Shown: positions 18,968 to 29,240, counted from the stretch's first letter. The stretch is 56,994 nucleotides of DNA from Clostridiales bacterium (GCA_031263985.1 JAISER010000039.1:1-56994); one strand, 5' to 3'. The notes: a model not told the origin generated them from the sequence alone. A program made the numbers and translations.

Positions 18968-20137
18968 TTACCATTTTGGGCAAGTTTTCTTAAAGAGGCA
19001 TACCGCTTCCAAGTGAACCGTGCGCGGAAACATGTCGTGGGCTTTCAACCGCTCAGGTTCATAGCCGAGCGCGGACAATATCCGCGCGTCACGCGCCAGC
19101 GACGACGGCTTACATGATAGATAAACGATTTTTTCCGAGCCGAACGCCGCGATTTTGGGCAAAGCCTTTGGATGTACGCCGTCACGCGGCGGGTCAAGTA
19201 TAATGATGTCGGGCGCGGCGGACATGTCGTCAATGACTTTTAAAACGTCTCCGCACATGAAAAAGCAGTTGCCAAGACCGTTGGCCAAAGCGTTTTCTTT
19301 CGCGGCCAAGATGGCCTCGTCCGTTATATCTACGCCGTACGTTCGCGACGCGCCGTTTTTGGCGAAGAACTGCGCTATGGCGCCGGCGCCGCAATACAAG
19401 TCAAACGCGGTTTTTCCGTCAAATGGCTTCGCGTATTCAAGCGCCGTTTCATAAAGCTGTCCGGCTTTTTGGGAATTCGTCTGAAAAAACGAAAATGGCG
19501 ATATTTTAAATGTGAGTTCTGATAAATTTTCGTAAAAATAATTCTCTCCGCAAAGAACAAAGACCGCGTCGGCTTTTACCGCGTCGGCGGGCGAATCGCT
19601 CACTGTGTGTATCGCGCCGGATATTTCGCCGTCCAGCTTTAACGCGGTCAACCCTTGCGCGAATGGCAGTAAATCCGTTTTAAGCTCGGACGACGTCACT
19701 ATATTGACCAGTATTTGGCCGGTAAAAAAGCCTTTTCTCAGGACGAGGAAGCGAAGCGCACCGGTTTTACGCTTTTTGTGGTAAAAGGTTTCGCCGGAAT
19801 TTCTGAAGAAATCAAGCGCGTAAACCAGTATGGAGCAAAAATCTCTGTCGGCTATGTTGCATTCCGCGACGGTGACGACCTCATGGAAGCGGCCCTTTTT
19901 TCTTAAGCCAAGCGCGAGCGGGCCGCCTTTTTCTTCGTCGCCGAATGAAAACTCCATCTTGTTGCGGTAGCGCTCAGCGGACGGCGCCGCTTCCAATCCC
20001 TCGTAAACGAAATCGTGTCCAAAGTCATCGCCTAAGGCTTTAAGCAGATTTTTTTCCTTTATATCAAGTTCTTCGGAATATTCTAAGTTTTGCGTGGCGC
20101 AACCGCCGCACGCGCCAAAATGGGGGCAAACGTTCAT
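18968..20137 (-). CDS. rlmD: 23S rRNA (uracil-5)-methyltransferase, RlmD/RumA family (no N-terminal TRAM domain)
   Basis: CPHFGACGGC Fe-S motif, YRNKMEF, SFFQTN, DLYCG.G, DPPRDG, DMFPRT.H.E. Confidence 0.88.
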   Translation of the reverse strand: MNVCPHFGACGGCATQNLEYSEELDIKEKNLLKALGDDFGHDFVYEGLEAAPSAERYRNKMEFSFGDEEKGGPLALGLRKKGRFHEVVTVAECNIADRDFCSILVYALDFFRNSGETFYHKKRKTGALRFLVLRKGFFTGQILVNIVTSSELKTDLLPFAQGLTALKLDGEISGAIHTVSDSPADAVKADAVFVLCGENYFYENLSELTFKISPFSFFQTNSQKAGQLYETALEYAKPFDGKTAFDLYCGAGAIAQFFAKNGASRTYGVDITDEAILAAKENALANGLGNCFFMCGDVLKVIDDMSAAPDIIILDPPRDGVHPKALPKIAAFGSEKIVYLSCKPSSLARDARILSALGYEPERLKAHDMFPRTVHLEAVCLFKKTCPKW

Positions 20138-20194
20138 AAACTCTCCGTTTCCGGCTTTGAGGCCGCGTCTGATTAAGGCGTTAACGGCGACGGG

Positions 20195-20917
20195 TCAGAA
20201 AACGTCCGGATCGTCCTCAAACACGTCGTTTTTAGCCCCGTTTTGGTCGCCGGACAGCTTTATCGTGCGAAACGTCGCGACGCTTATCAGGTCGGCGAGC
20301 TTCGACAAGTCCATGTCGGAACAATCACGGAACCCATTGCGTCCGAAAACCTTTAATTCTTCGGCGGCTCGCGGGTTGTTCGTCGTCTCAATGCCTATAG
20401 CGCACATTATAGCCTTTTCCCCTATTTTTGTCGAGACAAGTTTTTCCACGGCCCGCGAGTAAAGGGCGGCGTCGTTGCTTTCGCCGTCAGATATGAGCAG
20501 CATAAACGGGAGTGAGAACCGCCGCCCGATGTATTCGCGGTAAACGTCGTCTCCGACGCAGGTCAGAAGCAGCTCGATGGCTTGTTCCGTCGGCGTGCCG
20601 CCGCAAGGTTCGTTCGCAGGGATGTCATTCCAAACGAAGTCGTCGGCGTTTACGCCTTTGTTGAGACCGCCGACTTTCCACTGCGCGCCGTTCATGCCAA
20701 ACGTTATCACGCGCGCTTGAATGTCGAAAAGCCTCTCTTGTCCCTGAATCTTTTTAAGCTCGGGCCATAGCTGGTTCATGGCGTTGTTTACCGCCGCTAT
20801 GCGGCTGCCGCACATAGAGCCGGACATGTCCACGAGAAAAAACATAGGTATTGTCTTTTTCGCCGGCCCTTCGCTCATGCCTTCCATAATGTCGTTAATT
20901 TTATCTTCGTTTCCCAC
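20195..20917 (-). CDS. vWA domain protein, TerY-like
   Basis: PMFFLVDMSGSM (MIDAS DxSxS), ITF, GGT, LLISDG, AIGI; GTG at 20917 after GAGGAGG. Confidence 0.75.
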   Translation of the reverse strand: MGNEDKINDIMEGMSEGPAKKTIPMFFLVDMSGSMCGSRIAAVNNAMNQLWPELKKIQGQERLFDIQARVITFGMNGAQWKVGGLNKGVNADDFVWNDIPANEPCGGTPTEQAIELLLTCVGDDVYREYIGRRFSLPFMLLISDGESNDAALYSRAVEKLVSTKIGEKAIMCAIGIETTNNPRAAEELKVFGRNGFRDCSDMDLSKLADLISVATFRTIKLSGDQNGAKNDVFEDDPDVF

Positions 20918-20998
20918 TGACGTTTCCTCCTCAGGATATTTTACGGCGAGACGTTTTTCTTTAGTATATCCAAACAAACGCTTGTTAGGCGCGGAGGG

Positions 20999-21433
20999 TC
21001 ATTTGTTCGCCAAAATCGACGCGTATCGCAAAGCTTCGCGCGCGTTCATAACTTTTAAGATAGCGTTTATTCCTTCGACCTGATTTTTGTCGGAATTTTT
21101 GATAAGATCCAGCAACGCCCTCTGTTGTTCGCTGTCAGCGCAGCCGATTTTTTCGCGCAGCTCTTCGTCGAATTTTTCCAGCAGCTTATTAATTTCCACG
21201 ATTTTAATTATAATTTTAAATATCCGGCGATATTTTGGCTCTATAAAGCTTAGGGAGGATTTTATCGAGCTTAAATCAGTGGCTGGAGGTTTTGTTTTCC
21301 CGGCTGTTAACGGTATGTCAACGGGTCGCGCGGCGCCTGACGGCGCCCGGGAGAGCGCCTGCGCGAAATCCGGCGGCAAATTTTTTATCAGGCCGCCGAG
21401 CGAACTCAACAGTTCCGCCGATAAATTTTCCAT
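20999..21433 (-). CDS. Hypothetical helical protein
   Basis: 144-aa ORF, ATG after GGAG; no recognised motif. Confidence 0.55.
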   Translation of the reverse strand: MENLSAELLSSLGGLIKNLPPDFAQALSRAPSGAARPVDIPLTAGKTKPPATDLSSIKSSLSFIEPKYRRIFKIIIKIVEINKLLEKFDEELREKIGCADSEQQRALLDLIKNSDKNQVEGINAILKVMNAREALRYASILANK

Positions 21434-21585
21434 TCGTTCAACTCCATTCAAGTCGCTTTATGTAGACGCCGCGCCGTTGCAAGCTTTAAATACGCTTTTT
21501 TACGACGCGGCGCGGTATGGCCGTTTAACTTAAGCGATATGCGAGTCAAATGACCATGAAATCTAACCGCTGCGCGATGAAACGC

Positions 21586-21741
21586 CTATTTAGCCCCAAC
21601 CGCCTCATAAGCGGAATAGCCGCCGCCGCATTTCGGTTTACCGCCGCCTAAGGACAGAAGCAAAAGAAGCGTAGTCAAATTGTCCGCGCATAGATTGCCG
21701 CCGGAAAGCGCCAATATAAGCAAAAGCGCAGAACTATCCAT
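21586..21741 (-). CDS. Unannotated 51-aa Leu/Gly/Cys small protein, possibly sporulation-related
   Basis: RBS AGAGGGG; MDSSALLLILALSGGNLCADNLTTLLLLLSLGGGKPKCGGGYSAYEAVGAK*; upstream GTCAAT-N16-CATAGTAT. Confidence 0.6.
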   Translation of the reverse strand: MDSSALLLILALSGGNLCADNLTTLLLLLSLGGGKPKCGGGYSAYEAVGAK

Positions 21742-21903
21742 ATCAAGCAGCCCCTCTCTGTTTTGATTTCACCATATACTATGAATAAGCGCGGCCAAAA
21801 TTGACACGTTAATACGATGAATATCGCGTCTCGCATGAATATTTTATCACTAAACGAACCAACCTAAATTCAGGAATTTATGTATTTAAGGAGGTTCTCT
21901 TTA

Positions 21904-23088
21904 ATGAGCGTTTTTTTTAAAGGCAAAAAGAGGATAGCGGTGATTATGGCGGCGGTTGTGACGCTGATGAACGCGGCGCCTGTTTTTGGCGCGGAATCGG
22001 CTCCATCGCTTAACGTGAACGCTAGATCCGCCGTACTTATGGAGCCTAGCTCCGGCATAGCGCTTTTGGAACAAAACCCGCATGATAAATTTCCGCCGGC
22101 CAGCGTAACGAAGATAATGACGCTGTTGTTAATTTACGAGTCAGTGGAGCGCGGGAAAATAAAATGGGACGACGTAGTGACGGTGAGCGATCATGCCGCG
22201 AGCATGGGAGGGTCGCAGATTTTTCTTGAGCCTTTGGAGCAGCAAACCGTGAGGGATCTGACGAAAAGCGTTGTAGTCGCCTCCGCGAATGACGCGGCTG
22301 TGGCGCTCGCCGAGTTTATAGCCGGCAGCGAGGACGGCTTTGTACTTATGATGAACAACAAGGCCAAGGAATTGGATATGAATAACACGAATTTCATAAA
22401 CGCCTGCGGGCTGGACACGGACGGGCACATGACGTCGGCCTACGACATCGCGCTGATGACGCGCGAATTGATAACGAAATATCCGACTATTTACGACTAC
22501 AGCAAGATATGGATGGACACGATAACGCACAAAACGGCGCGCGGTGAGAGCGAATTCGGGCTTAGCAACACCAATAAGCTGATTAAAGCTTACAATGGCG
22601 CGACAGGGCTTAAAACCGGCTCGACATCGCAGGCGCTGTTTTGCATATCAGCTACCGCCAATCGTGACGGCATGGATCTCGTATCCGTGATAATGGGCGC
22701 GCCAGACTCTAAAACGCGTTTTCATGAGGCCGTAAAGATGCTTGACTATGGTTTCGCTAACTTCAGTTTAATGAAAGGCGACGAAGCGGGTAAGATAATT
22801 GACGCGATTAAGGTGATTAAAGGCAACGTGGAAATAGTGGACGTATCGGTAAAATCTCAAGTTTCGTGCATAGTGCCGAAGGGCAAGGCGGGGACTCTCG
22901 AGGGCAAGGCGGAACTTTTGGACGCGCTGAACGCGCCGGCGGCTAAAGGCTCTAAAGCCGGTGAAATCGTTTATTACTTTGAGGGTGAAGAGGTCGGACG
23001 GTCTGACTTGGTGACATGTGAAGAAGTGGAGAAAGCTCGATTCGGGGATACGATGAAACGCGTTATTAAAGATTGGCTCAAGCATTAG
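21904..23088 (+). CDS. dacF: D-alanyl-D-alanine carboxypeptidase (DacF-like PBP)
   Basis: SxxK (ASVTK), SxN (SAN), KTG, MGGSQIFLE; signal peptide; ATG at 21904 after AAGGAGG. Confidence 0.8.
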   Translation: MSVFFKGKKRIAVIMAAVVTLMNAAPVFGAESAPSLNVNARSAVLMEPSSGIALLEQNPHDKFPPASVTKIMTLLLIYESVERGKIKWDDVVTVSDHAASMGGSQIFLEPLEQQTVRDLTKSVVVASANDAAVALAEFIAGSEDGFVLMMNNKAKELDMNNTNFINACGLDTDGHMTSAYDIALMTRELITKYPTIYDYSKIWMDTITHKTARGESEFGLSNTNKLIKAYNGATGLKTGSTSQALFCISATANRDGMDLVSVIMGAPDSKTRFHEAVKMLDYGFANFSLMKGDEAGKIIDAIKVIKGNVEIVDVSVKSQVSCIVPKGKAGTLEGKAELLDALNAPAAKGSKAGEIVYYFEGEEVGRSDLVTCEEVEKARFGDTMKRVIKDWLKH

Positions 23089-23125
23089 TCCGATTCGCTT
23101 TTGATATTTGGACGACTTATGATAC

Positions 23126-23187
23126 GCGCGAAAAACCCTTTGTTGCGATGACGTTAGAGCGTCTGAAAAAAAAGGGTTTTTTTGCGC
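23126..23187 (+). terminator. Probable terminator hairpin after dac
   Basis: GCGCGAAAAACCCTTT ... AAAGGGTTTTTTTGCGC inverted repeat with a long loop. Confidence 0.5.
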
Positions 23188-23493
23188 TTGCGCCGAATTC
23201 CGCCGGAAACCGGCGCGTAAAGAATATCTTGGATAGGTTCTTACTGATTGTCAAACGTTTGAAAGATTCTTATGGAAATTTAAAGCTTTAAGGCGTACAG
23301 GTTTTTATAAAATTTATAAAAATTTATAAAAAAAAATGACGAAAAAAAATTGGAGCGCGCGTTCGCTTTTGTTTTTTATCGCAAAATGGTTGCGATATTC
23401 ATCCGTATATTTTATTAATTTAGCACATAATATAATTCGTCATCAGTGAAATTTTGAGTCGGTCCATTTCAGTGAGATATTTCAAATTGTAAC

Positions 23494-23522
23494 TTGACAA
23501 AAATTTTTTTATTATATACGCT
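23494..23522 (+). promoter_or_regulatory. SigA-type promoter of mecA
   Basis: TTGACA-N17-TACGCT. Confidence 0.55.
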
Positions 23523-23675
23523 ATCTATCATGTTTTTCAACGCTTCGGCCTAACTTGTTCGATGTGGGCGAATTATATCGATAGCAGCAATATCCACTTT
23601 ACTTTAGGCGCGTAAATACATATACTAAAGTAGCGAATGTTCGACATATCGCCGCATATTAAGGAAGTGATAATC

Positions 23676-24326
23676 ATGAAAGTGGAGAAAATAAACGACA
23701 ATCAAGTCAAATTCGTGCTTAGTCAAATTGATCTTGACGAACGAAACATAAGGATCGCTGAACTTGCTTACGGCTCTGAAAAAACGCAGGCGTTGTTTCG
23801 GGAGATGATGGAGCAAGCCAACGTCCAGTACGGATTTGAGGCGGATAACGTTCCGTTGATGATTGAAGCCATACCTTTTTCGTCCGACAGCATAACGATT
23901 ATAATAACCAAGGTCAGTAACGTGGACGACATTGAAAATAGGTTTAACCTTGTGCAAAATTCTGATTCTAAGTTAAAGGAAAGCATGAAAACGAAGCTTG
24001 ACGCCACATTCAGAAAGTCTAAGGCGGCTGATTTGATATATATTTTTTCCTTCAACGACTTAGATGACGTAACGAAATTGTCGACTAGATTATACGGAGT
24101 ATTTCACGGAACGAACATTTTGTACAAAAATGAAAACCGCTATTTTCTTTTGTTGCAAAACGATTACTTCGCTGACGGCATATCTGGCGATGACCTTAAC
24201 TCGATATTGGGCGAATACGGCCAGAAACACGTGTCAACGCTAATGGCTAAGCATTATCTCACGGAACACGGTGAAATCATAATTAAGCATCCGGCGATAA
24301 AAGTAATGGCCGAATATTTGCGATAG
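23676..24326 (+). CDS. mecA: ClpC adaptor protein MecA
   Basis: MKVEKINDNQVK..L...DL.ER, LAYG.EK...LF..MM, PLMIEAIP, C-terminal EYG...EHG.III. Confidence 0.9.
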   Translation: MKVEKINDNQVKFVLSQIDLDERNIRIAELAYGSEKTQALFREMMEQANVQYGFEADNVPLMIEAIPFSSDSITIIITKVSNVDDIENRFNLVQNSDSKLKESMKTKLDATFRKSKAADLIYIFSFNDLDDVTKLSTRLYGVFHGTNILYKNENRYFLLLQNDYFADGISGDDLNSILGEYGQKHVSTLMAKHYLTEHGEIIIKHPAIKVMAEYLR

Positions 24327-24442
24327 ATCAGCAAGCGAGCTTTTTAGCTTTTGATATATATGATATTAAAAGGGGTTCGCCATCGGTTTTTAGCGCGGTT
24401 TTCGCAGGCGTTAAACTATGACCGATCGGTCTGGCGAACCTC

Positions 24443-24476
24443 TGAATTTCAGCGGGGATTTCCCCGCTGAAATTCA
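24443..24476. terminator. Perfect palindrome downstream of mecA
   Basis: TGAATTTCAGCGGGGA-TT-TCCCCGCTGAAATTCA, preceded by a second inverted repeat AGGGGTTCGCCA/TGGCGAACCTCT. Confidence 0.6.
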
Positions 24477-24578
24477 TTAGTCGAGATTCGCGGTTGAGAA
24501 GCTAGAGAACTTTATTAGCCGGATAAAAAAAGCGGTCTTACTTAATAATAAATGCGCTTGAAAAATCGTCGCTGGCGT

Positions 24579-24726
24579 TATAGCCTGTTCAAGATCGGAT
24601 TTTCGCGCTCGTTTTTTTGCCAAGCGCGAAAATCGCGTAGCCCAAAATATATGTAAAGAACGCTGGCAAAGTATGGCGGAAAATGAGTCTAAAAGACGCG
24701 AAACGGAGATTTTGAACAGGCTCTTA
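24579..24726. mobile_element. MITE-like element, family B (most complete copy)
   Basis: TIRs AGCCTGTTCAAGATC / GATTTTGAACAGGCT with TA near both ends. Confidence 0.75.
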
Positions 24727-24789
24727 GGCTAAGCTTCGCTTTAAGGTTTGAAAACGCGTGTGGCGCTGGAGAACGCGGCGCGCGAAGAT

Positions 24790-24881
24790 TAAGGAACTGT
24801 AAAAAAATAAAGTGTACAGTCGGCGTGGCCGGGGCGCAAAAGGGCAAGCCGACTGTATAGGTTATTTTTTTACAGTTCCTA
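24790..24881. mobile_element. MITE-like element, family D (long hairpin)
   Basis: Perfect 19-bp TIR AGGAACTGTAAAAAAATAA, inner IR TACAGTCGGC/GCCGACTGTA, TA at both ends. Confidence 0.65.
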
Positions 24882-24932
24882 ACTTAAAGACTACAGAGAG
24901 AAAAAATGGAGGAAACGGAGGAGAGTTCGTTC

Positions 24933-26552
24933 ATGAAAAAAAAATTATTGATTTTGGTCGCGCTTGCCGCGACGTTATTGGCGCTAGTTATACCAAGCGC
25001 TAACGCGTTCGCAGCGAGCGACAACAGGATTACGTCTCAGCCTCAGGGCGTCCCGCTGAAAACGCTGTTTATCAATTCCGGGGGGGGCATTACTTCGCGT
25101 GAGGCGACAAACGGCGGAACCGACGATATTAAATATATATTGTCCGCTCCGGAGCTTGTAATAGAGCTTAAAGAAGACTTGCCGCTCGAAAGCATCATAA
25201 GGCTTACGCTTACGAACGCGAAATGGTTTTTCCGCGACCAACAGTCCGATGACGGGTTGACGGACAACTTACTGGGCGGCGGCGTTACCGCGACATATGA
25301 CAGCGCGGAGGGTTCGTGGACGCCCGAATCAGGCGAAAAATCGGCGGGGACTTATGTCAGGGCGGGGATACCGCCAAACGACGACAAGTCAATAAAAACC
25401 GCTAATTTAAAGTATAAGCTTTCCATTTCCGCCGTCAATGACGCGCAGGCTACTGTGACGTTCGCGGACGGCGGCAACAAAGGGGATATTATACGAATAC
25501 CCCTTGTTGTGAGGACATTGTCGGAAGGCGAATTTCTGGTCGCGATCGAAAGCGGGTTTTCGACTATAACTAGTTCTACGCTATGCTTTGGGTCTACGGG
25601 AGCTATAGGGATCGCGAACGAACATGAAAATGAACAAAAGGCGGAGACGCCGGTTCAGAGCGCGCTTGAAAGCCAAGTGGTCAAAGCTATAAAAGAGAAT
25701 AAAACGGTTGTTTTTGAGCTGCCTGACGAGATTGACAGGTATGAAACCCCAAGAGGCGTGTGGAAGCTGCTTTCAGAGGCTGGAAAAGCGTTTAAAGTGT
25801 CGCGCGGGAATGTAACGATAACTATACCGGGCGATATATATAAAAATGACGCCGTGAAAAACGCGAGCGAAATCGTGGCGGTCATAGCCAACAGTTCGGT
25901 AACCGCGGCGCCTGAAAGCGAAAAACTTATAGCGTTTGACGCGAAAAACGCCGATTTTTTTAAGAACGCCTATGAAGTCGGACTGTACGCCGACGGTGAG
26001 CCGGTTAAGTTCGGCGGGTCGCCTTTGTCCGTCTTGGTCAGTTTTGATACAGCTAAGTATACGGAGCATGAGCTTCAGAGTCTGACGTTTTATATCGATG
26101 GAGGATCGCGCGTCGCCGGTCGTTTAGAGGGCGCGTCATATGTGTTGGGCGCCGATGTGACGGGCGTCTATTACGCCGTAATAGCGCCGAACGCCGTGTC
26201 GATAAAGCTGGCTGTAGGCGAAAAAGCGTATATGATAAATTCCGTTCCGAAAGCGCTGGATGTGGCGCCGATAATACGCGGCGAACGCACGCTTGTTCCG
26301 GTCCGTTTCATAGCGGAAGCGTTCGGAGCGGGAGTTTTGTGGAACGATAGATCTAAATACGCCGTTATCAATTTTGGAGACAGGGAATTGACATTGACGG
26401 AAGGCGTTAATTTGCCGAATATGGACGTTTCGCCGATTATTATAGACGAGCGATTCTTTGTGCCGATACGATATATCGCGGAGAGCTTTGGCTCGGAAGT
26501 TAAGTGGGACGCCATAAACAAGACTGTCGAAATTAACCAAAGGCTAGGATAA
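24933..26552 (+). CDS. Secreted cell-envelope protein with a C-terminal copper-amine-oxidase N-terminal (stalk) domain
   Basis: Signal peptide MKKKLLILVALAA..AFA; LDVAPII...RTLVPVRFIAE.FGA.V.W and a second RFFVPIRYIAESFG..V.WD. Confidence 0.85.
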   Translation: MKKKLLILVALAATLLALVIPSANAFAASDNRITSQPQGVPLKTLFINSGGGITSREATNGGTDDIKYILSAPELVIELKEDLPLESIIRLTLTNAKWFFRDQQSDDGLTDNLLGGGVTATYDSAEGSWTPESGEKSAGTYVRAGIPPNDDKSIKTANLKYKLSISAVNDAQATVTFADGGNKGDIIRIPLVVRTLSEGEFLVAIESGFSTITSSTLCFGSTGAIGIANEHENEQKAETPVQSALESQVVKAIKENKTVVFELPDEIDRYETPRGVWKLLSEAGKAFKVSRGNVTITIPGDIYKNDAVKNASEIVAVIANSSVTAAPESEKLIAFDAKNADFFKNAYEVGLYADGEPVKFGGSPLSVLVSFDTAKYTEHELQSLTFYIDGGSRVAGRLEGASYVLGADVTGVYYAVIAPNAVSIKLAVGEKAYMINSVPKALDVAPIIRGERTLVPVRFIAEAFGAGVLWNDRSKYAVINFGDRELTLTEGVNLPNMDVSPIIIDERFFVPIRYIAESFGSEVKWDAINKTVEINQRLG

Positions 26553-26555
26553 GCG

Positions 26556-26592
26556 AAGCGCCGCGCTTCTTTGATGGAAGCGCGGCGCTTTT
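26556..26592 (+). terminator. Intrinsic terminator
   Basis: 14-bp stem AAGCGCCGCGCTTC/GAAGCGCGGCGCTT ending in a T-run. Confidence 0.8.
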
Positions 26593-26606
26593 GCGTCGCT
26601 AATTGA

Positions 26607-26850
26607 TAGACTGAATTCAAATAGTCTTTTTCACGCCGGGCTTTGTTGCAAAGCCTCGCCGAACCCATTGGTTCGTATGCGTTTCGCGCCTGGCTCAACG
26701 CGAAAAATCCTCACCCCGGTTTGACAATGTCTCTGAGCAATCAATCTAAAGGCGCCGTTCCGACATGATTTGTCAGCGCTCATTTTGCGTATATTCTTTA
26801 AATACGCGGCTTTTGCGTTCGGCAAAAAGATGAGCGCGAATCCATCGAAG
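26607..26850. mobile_element. Family A core (26607-26748) followed by a family B core
   Basis: GTCTTTTTCACGCCGGGCTTTGTTGC...CTCAACGCGAAAAATCCTCACC is near-identical to 3559-3650; TTGTCAGCGCTC..TTGCGTATATTCTT.AATACGCGGC matches 6275-6313. Confidence 0.7.
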
Positions 26851-26942
26851 CCACGCGAATTGATTGGATGATTGGCTCGTTCGTTATGTCATCACCGCGG
26901 ATATAGAAATCAAGGAAAACGACATATTGATTCGTTTATTTA

Positions 26943-28715
26943 TCAGCTTACGACGTTTATTCCCAGTTCCTTCAATTGCGCTGAACTCACCGCGGACGGC
27001 GCTTCCGTAAGCGGGCAAGACGCGTCCTTTACTTTGGGAAACGCTATTACGTCGCGTATGGAGTCGCCGCCGGCGAGCAGCGCCGTGATGCGGTCCAGAC
27101 CGTAGGCGATGCCGCCATGCGGCGGCGCGCCGTATTTAAACGCCTCCAGCAGATATCCGAACTTATCGTTCGCTTCTTCGTCTGAAATGCCAAGCGTAGC
27201 GAACATTTTGCGCTGTATGTCGCCTCTGTATATCCTTATGCTGCCGCCGCCTATTTCGCTGCCGTTGAGTACAATGTCGTACGCTTTAGCGCGCGCGGCG
27301 GATGGATTCGACATATCGGCGTCTTCATCGGCGGGAGATGTAAACGGATGATGTTTGGCGTAAAAGCGTTCATCTTCCTTCGACCATTCAAAAAGCGGAA
27401 AGTCCGTTACCCAGAGCAATTCGAAAGCTTTTTTATCTATTATGTCAGTTTTGAGCGCTATTTCGCGCCGTAAGGCGCCGAGCGCGTCGAAAACGACTTC
27501 GTTTTCGTCAGCGCAAATGAGTATTAAGTCGCCGGGAACGGCGCCGAAAGCCGCCGTTATTTCGGCTAATTTGTCGACGCCGAAAAATTTGGAAAGGCTT
27601 GTTTTAAGCGTCTTATCCGGATTTATGGAAATCCACGCAAGTCCCTTCGCTTTATACGACTTCGTAAAATCGACGAGCGCGTCAATCCGCTTACGGGAGA
27701 AAGACGCGCAATTTCGGGCATTTATGCCGCGGACGCTTCCTCCGGCGTCTATGGCGCTTTGAAACGCCGTGAAAGCGCAGCCGCTGACGATGGCGGTCAG
27801 GTCCTTCAACTCCATGTCAAATCGTAGATCGGGCTTGTCCGAGCCAAAGCGTTCCATAGCTTCCGTATAAGTGAGGCGCCGTATAGGCAAGGATACGGTT
27901 ATGCCGGCTTCGGCGAAAACTCTTTGCAAAAGCCGTTCGTTTAAGGCTATTACGTCATCGACGTCCACAAAAGACATCTCTATGTCCACTTGCGTAAACT
28001 CCGGTTGGCGGTCGGCGCGCAAATCTTCGTCGCGAAAGCACTTGGTAATTTGATAATAGCGGTCGAAGCCCGCTACCATAAGCAGTTGCTTAAACAGTTG
28101 AGGGCTTTGCGGCAGCGCGTAAAAAGCGCCGGGATTCAAACGGCTTGGCACAAGATAGTCGCGAGCGCCTTCGGGCGAGCTTTTTGTCAAAACGGGCGTT
28201 TCCACGTCTATAAACCCGTTTTCGTCCAGAAATGAGCGAAAGGCTTTGGCGATTTTATGCCTCATGATAAAATTTCGCTGAACTTCGGGCCTTCTTAGAT
28301 CGATGTAACGATATTTCAGGCGCAAATCGTTGGACACGCCTTCGTCGAAAATGGAAAAAGGCGGCGTCTCAGACTCATTTAAAATTATGACGTCTGTGAC
28401 GTCGATTTCTATCTCGCCAGTCTTCATATCAGGGTTAACGTTTTCCGGCAGACGTTCGCGAACGGTTCCGGTCAGGGCGACGACGAACTCGCTTTTTATG
28501 GTCTTCGCCTTGGCGAAAATATCGCGCGGCGATTTTTCCTCGTCTAGAACGGCCTGAACCACGCCTGTTCTGTCGCGAAGAGTTATGAATATAAGCTGGC
28601 CTAAGTCACGGCGCTTATTTACCCAACCCATGACGGTGACGCCGCCGCCGACCAGCTTTTTGTCGACTTCGCCGCAATAATGGCTGCGCCGCGCGGCGCC
28701 TAGATGTTCGCTCAT
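26943..28715 (-). CDS. aspS: Aspartate--tRNA ligase
   Basis: GWV..RRDLG, PEGARDYLVPSR, YALPQSPQ.FKQ, CFRDEDLRADRQPEFTQ, PPHGG.A.GLDR. Confidence 0.97.
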   Translation of the reverse strand: MSEHLGAARRSHYCGEVDKKLVGGGVTVMGWVNKRRDLGQLIFITLRDRTGVVQAVLDEEKSPRDIFAKAKTIKSEFVVALTGTVRERLPENVNPDMKTGEIEIDVTDVIILNESETPPFSIFDEGVSNDLRLKYRYIDLRRPEVQRNFIMRHKIAKAFRSFLDENGFIDVETPVLTKSSPEGARDYLVPSRLNPGAFYALPQSPQLFKQLLMVAGFDRYYQITKCFRDEDLRADRQPEFTQVDIEMSFVDVDDVIALNERLLQRVFAEAGITVSLPIRRLTYTEAMERFGSDKPDLRFDMELKDLTAIVSGCAFTAFQSAIDAGGSVRGINARNCASFSRKRIDALVDFTKSYKAKGLAWISINPDKTLKTSLSKFFGVDKLAEITAAFGAVPGDLILICADENEVVFDALGALRREIALKTDIIDKKAFELLWVTDFPLFEWSKEDERFYAKHHPFTSPADEDADMSNPSAARAKAYDIVLNGSEIGGGSIRIYRGDIQRKMFATLGISDEEANDKFGYLLEAFKYGAPPHGGIAYGLDRITALLAGGDSIRDVIAFPKVKDASCPLTEAPSAVSSAQLKELGINVVS

Positions 28716-28963
28716 TACAGAACCTCCAATAACAATAATTATTTTTTAGTCACAGCTGTCAGCCGGAACGACTCGTCAGCCGGCGTTTCATCTTAATATC
28801 TTGCGATTCGTTCGCGAAGTCCAGTGATTTTTCGATTGCGGCGGCCGCCGTCAAATATACGCTAAAAAATAGCGCGACGCTTTTCGCGCTTTCTCAGGCT
28901 TAAGCGGTTTATCCCCCGGCGATTTCTTGCCTTTTCCATCCATATAGCGCGCTCTCCGCTAAT

Positions 28964-29129
28964 TAGGACTCGTCAAACGATATCTTGATGTTTTTCGCTT
29001 GCCCTTTCGCTGTCAGGCCGCGTTGTCGTCGGTCGCCATACCGCCCCGGGCATGTCTCCTTCCTCCGCCTTGCCTGACGACGAAATCGCGGCGTGGAATT
29101 TCATCAATTTATTGTTTGATGAATCCTTA
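28964..29129. mobile_element. MITE-like element, family E
   Basis: Imperfect TIRs TAGGACTCGTCAAACGATATCTTGATG / CATCAATTTATTGTTTGATGAATCCTTA; core GCGTTG...CGCCTTG. Confidence 0.6.
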
Positions 29130-29186
29130 AGAAGTTATTCTAATATATGACTATCCAATCGCTTCATGAAGCCGCGCACATGCGCG

Positions 29187-29240
29187 GCGCGGGGTCCGGG
29201 GTCGAAGACCTCGGCGGGGTTTGGGGCGGAGCCCCAAGGT
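29187..29240. repeat. REP-like GC-rich palindrome pair directly after the hisS stop
   Basis: GGGGTCCGGGGTCGAAGACCTCGG followed by GGGGTTTGGGGCGGAGCCCCAA. Confidence 0.6.

Noticed and set aside
23300-23340. TTTATAAAA x3 microrepeat upstream of mecA
   Set aside because: Low-complexity AT tract; cannot be distinguished from chance
26943-28715. Assigning AspRS as discriminating or non-discriminating from RRDLG
   Set aside because: This residue is not diagnostic in Firmicutes; needs phylogeny and the asnS/gatCAB inventory
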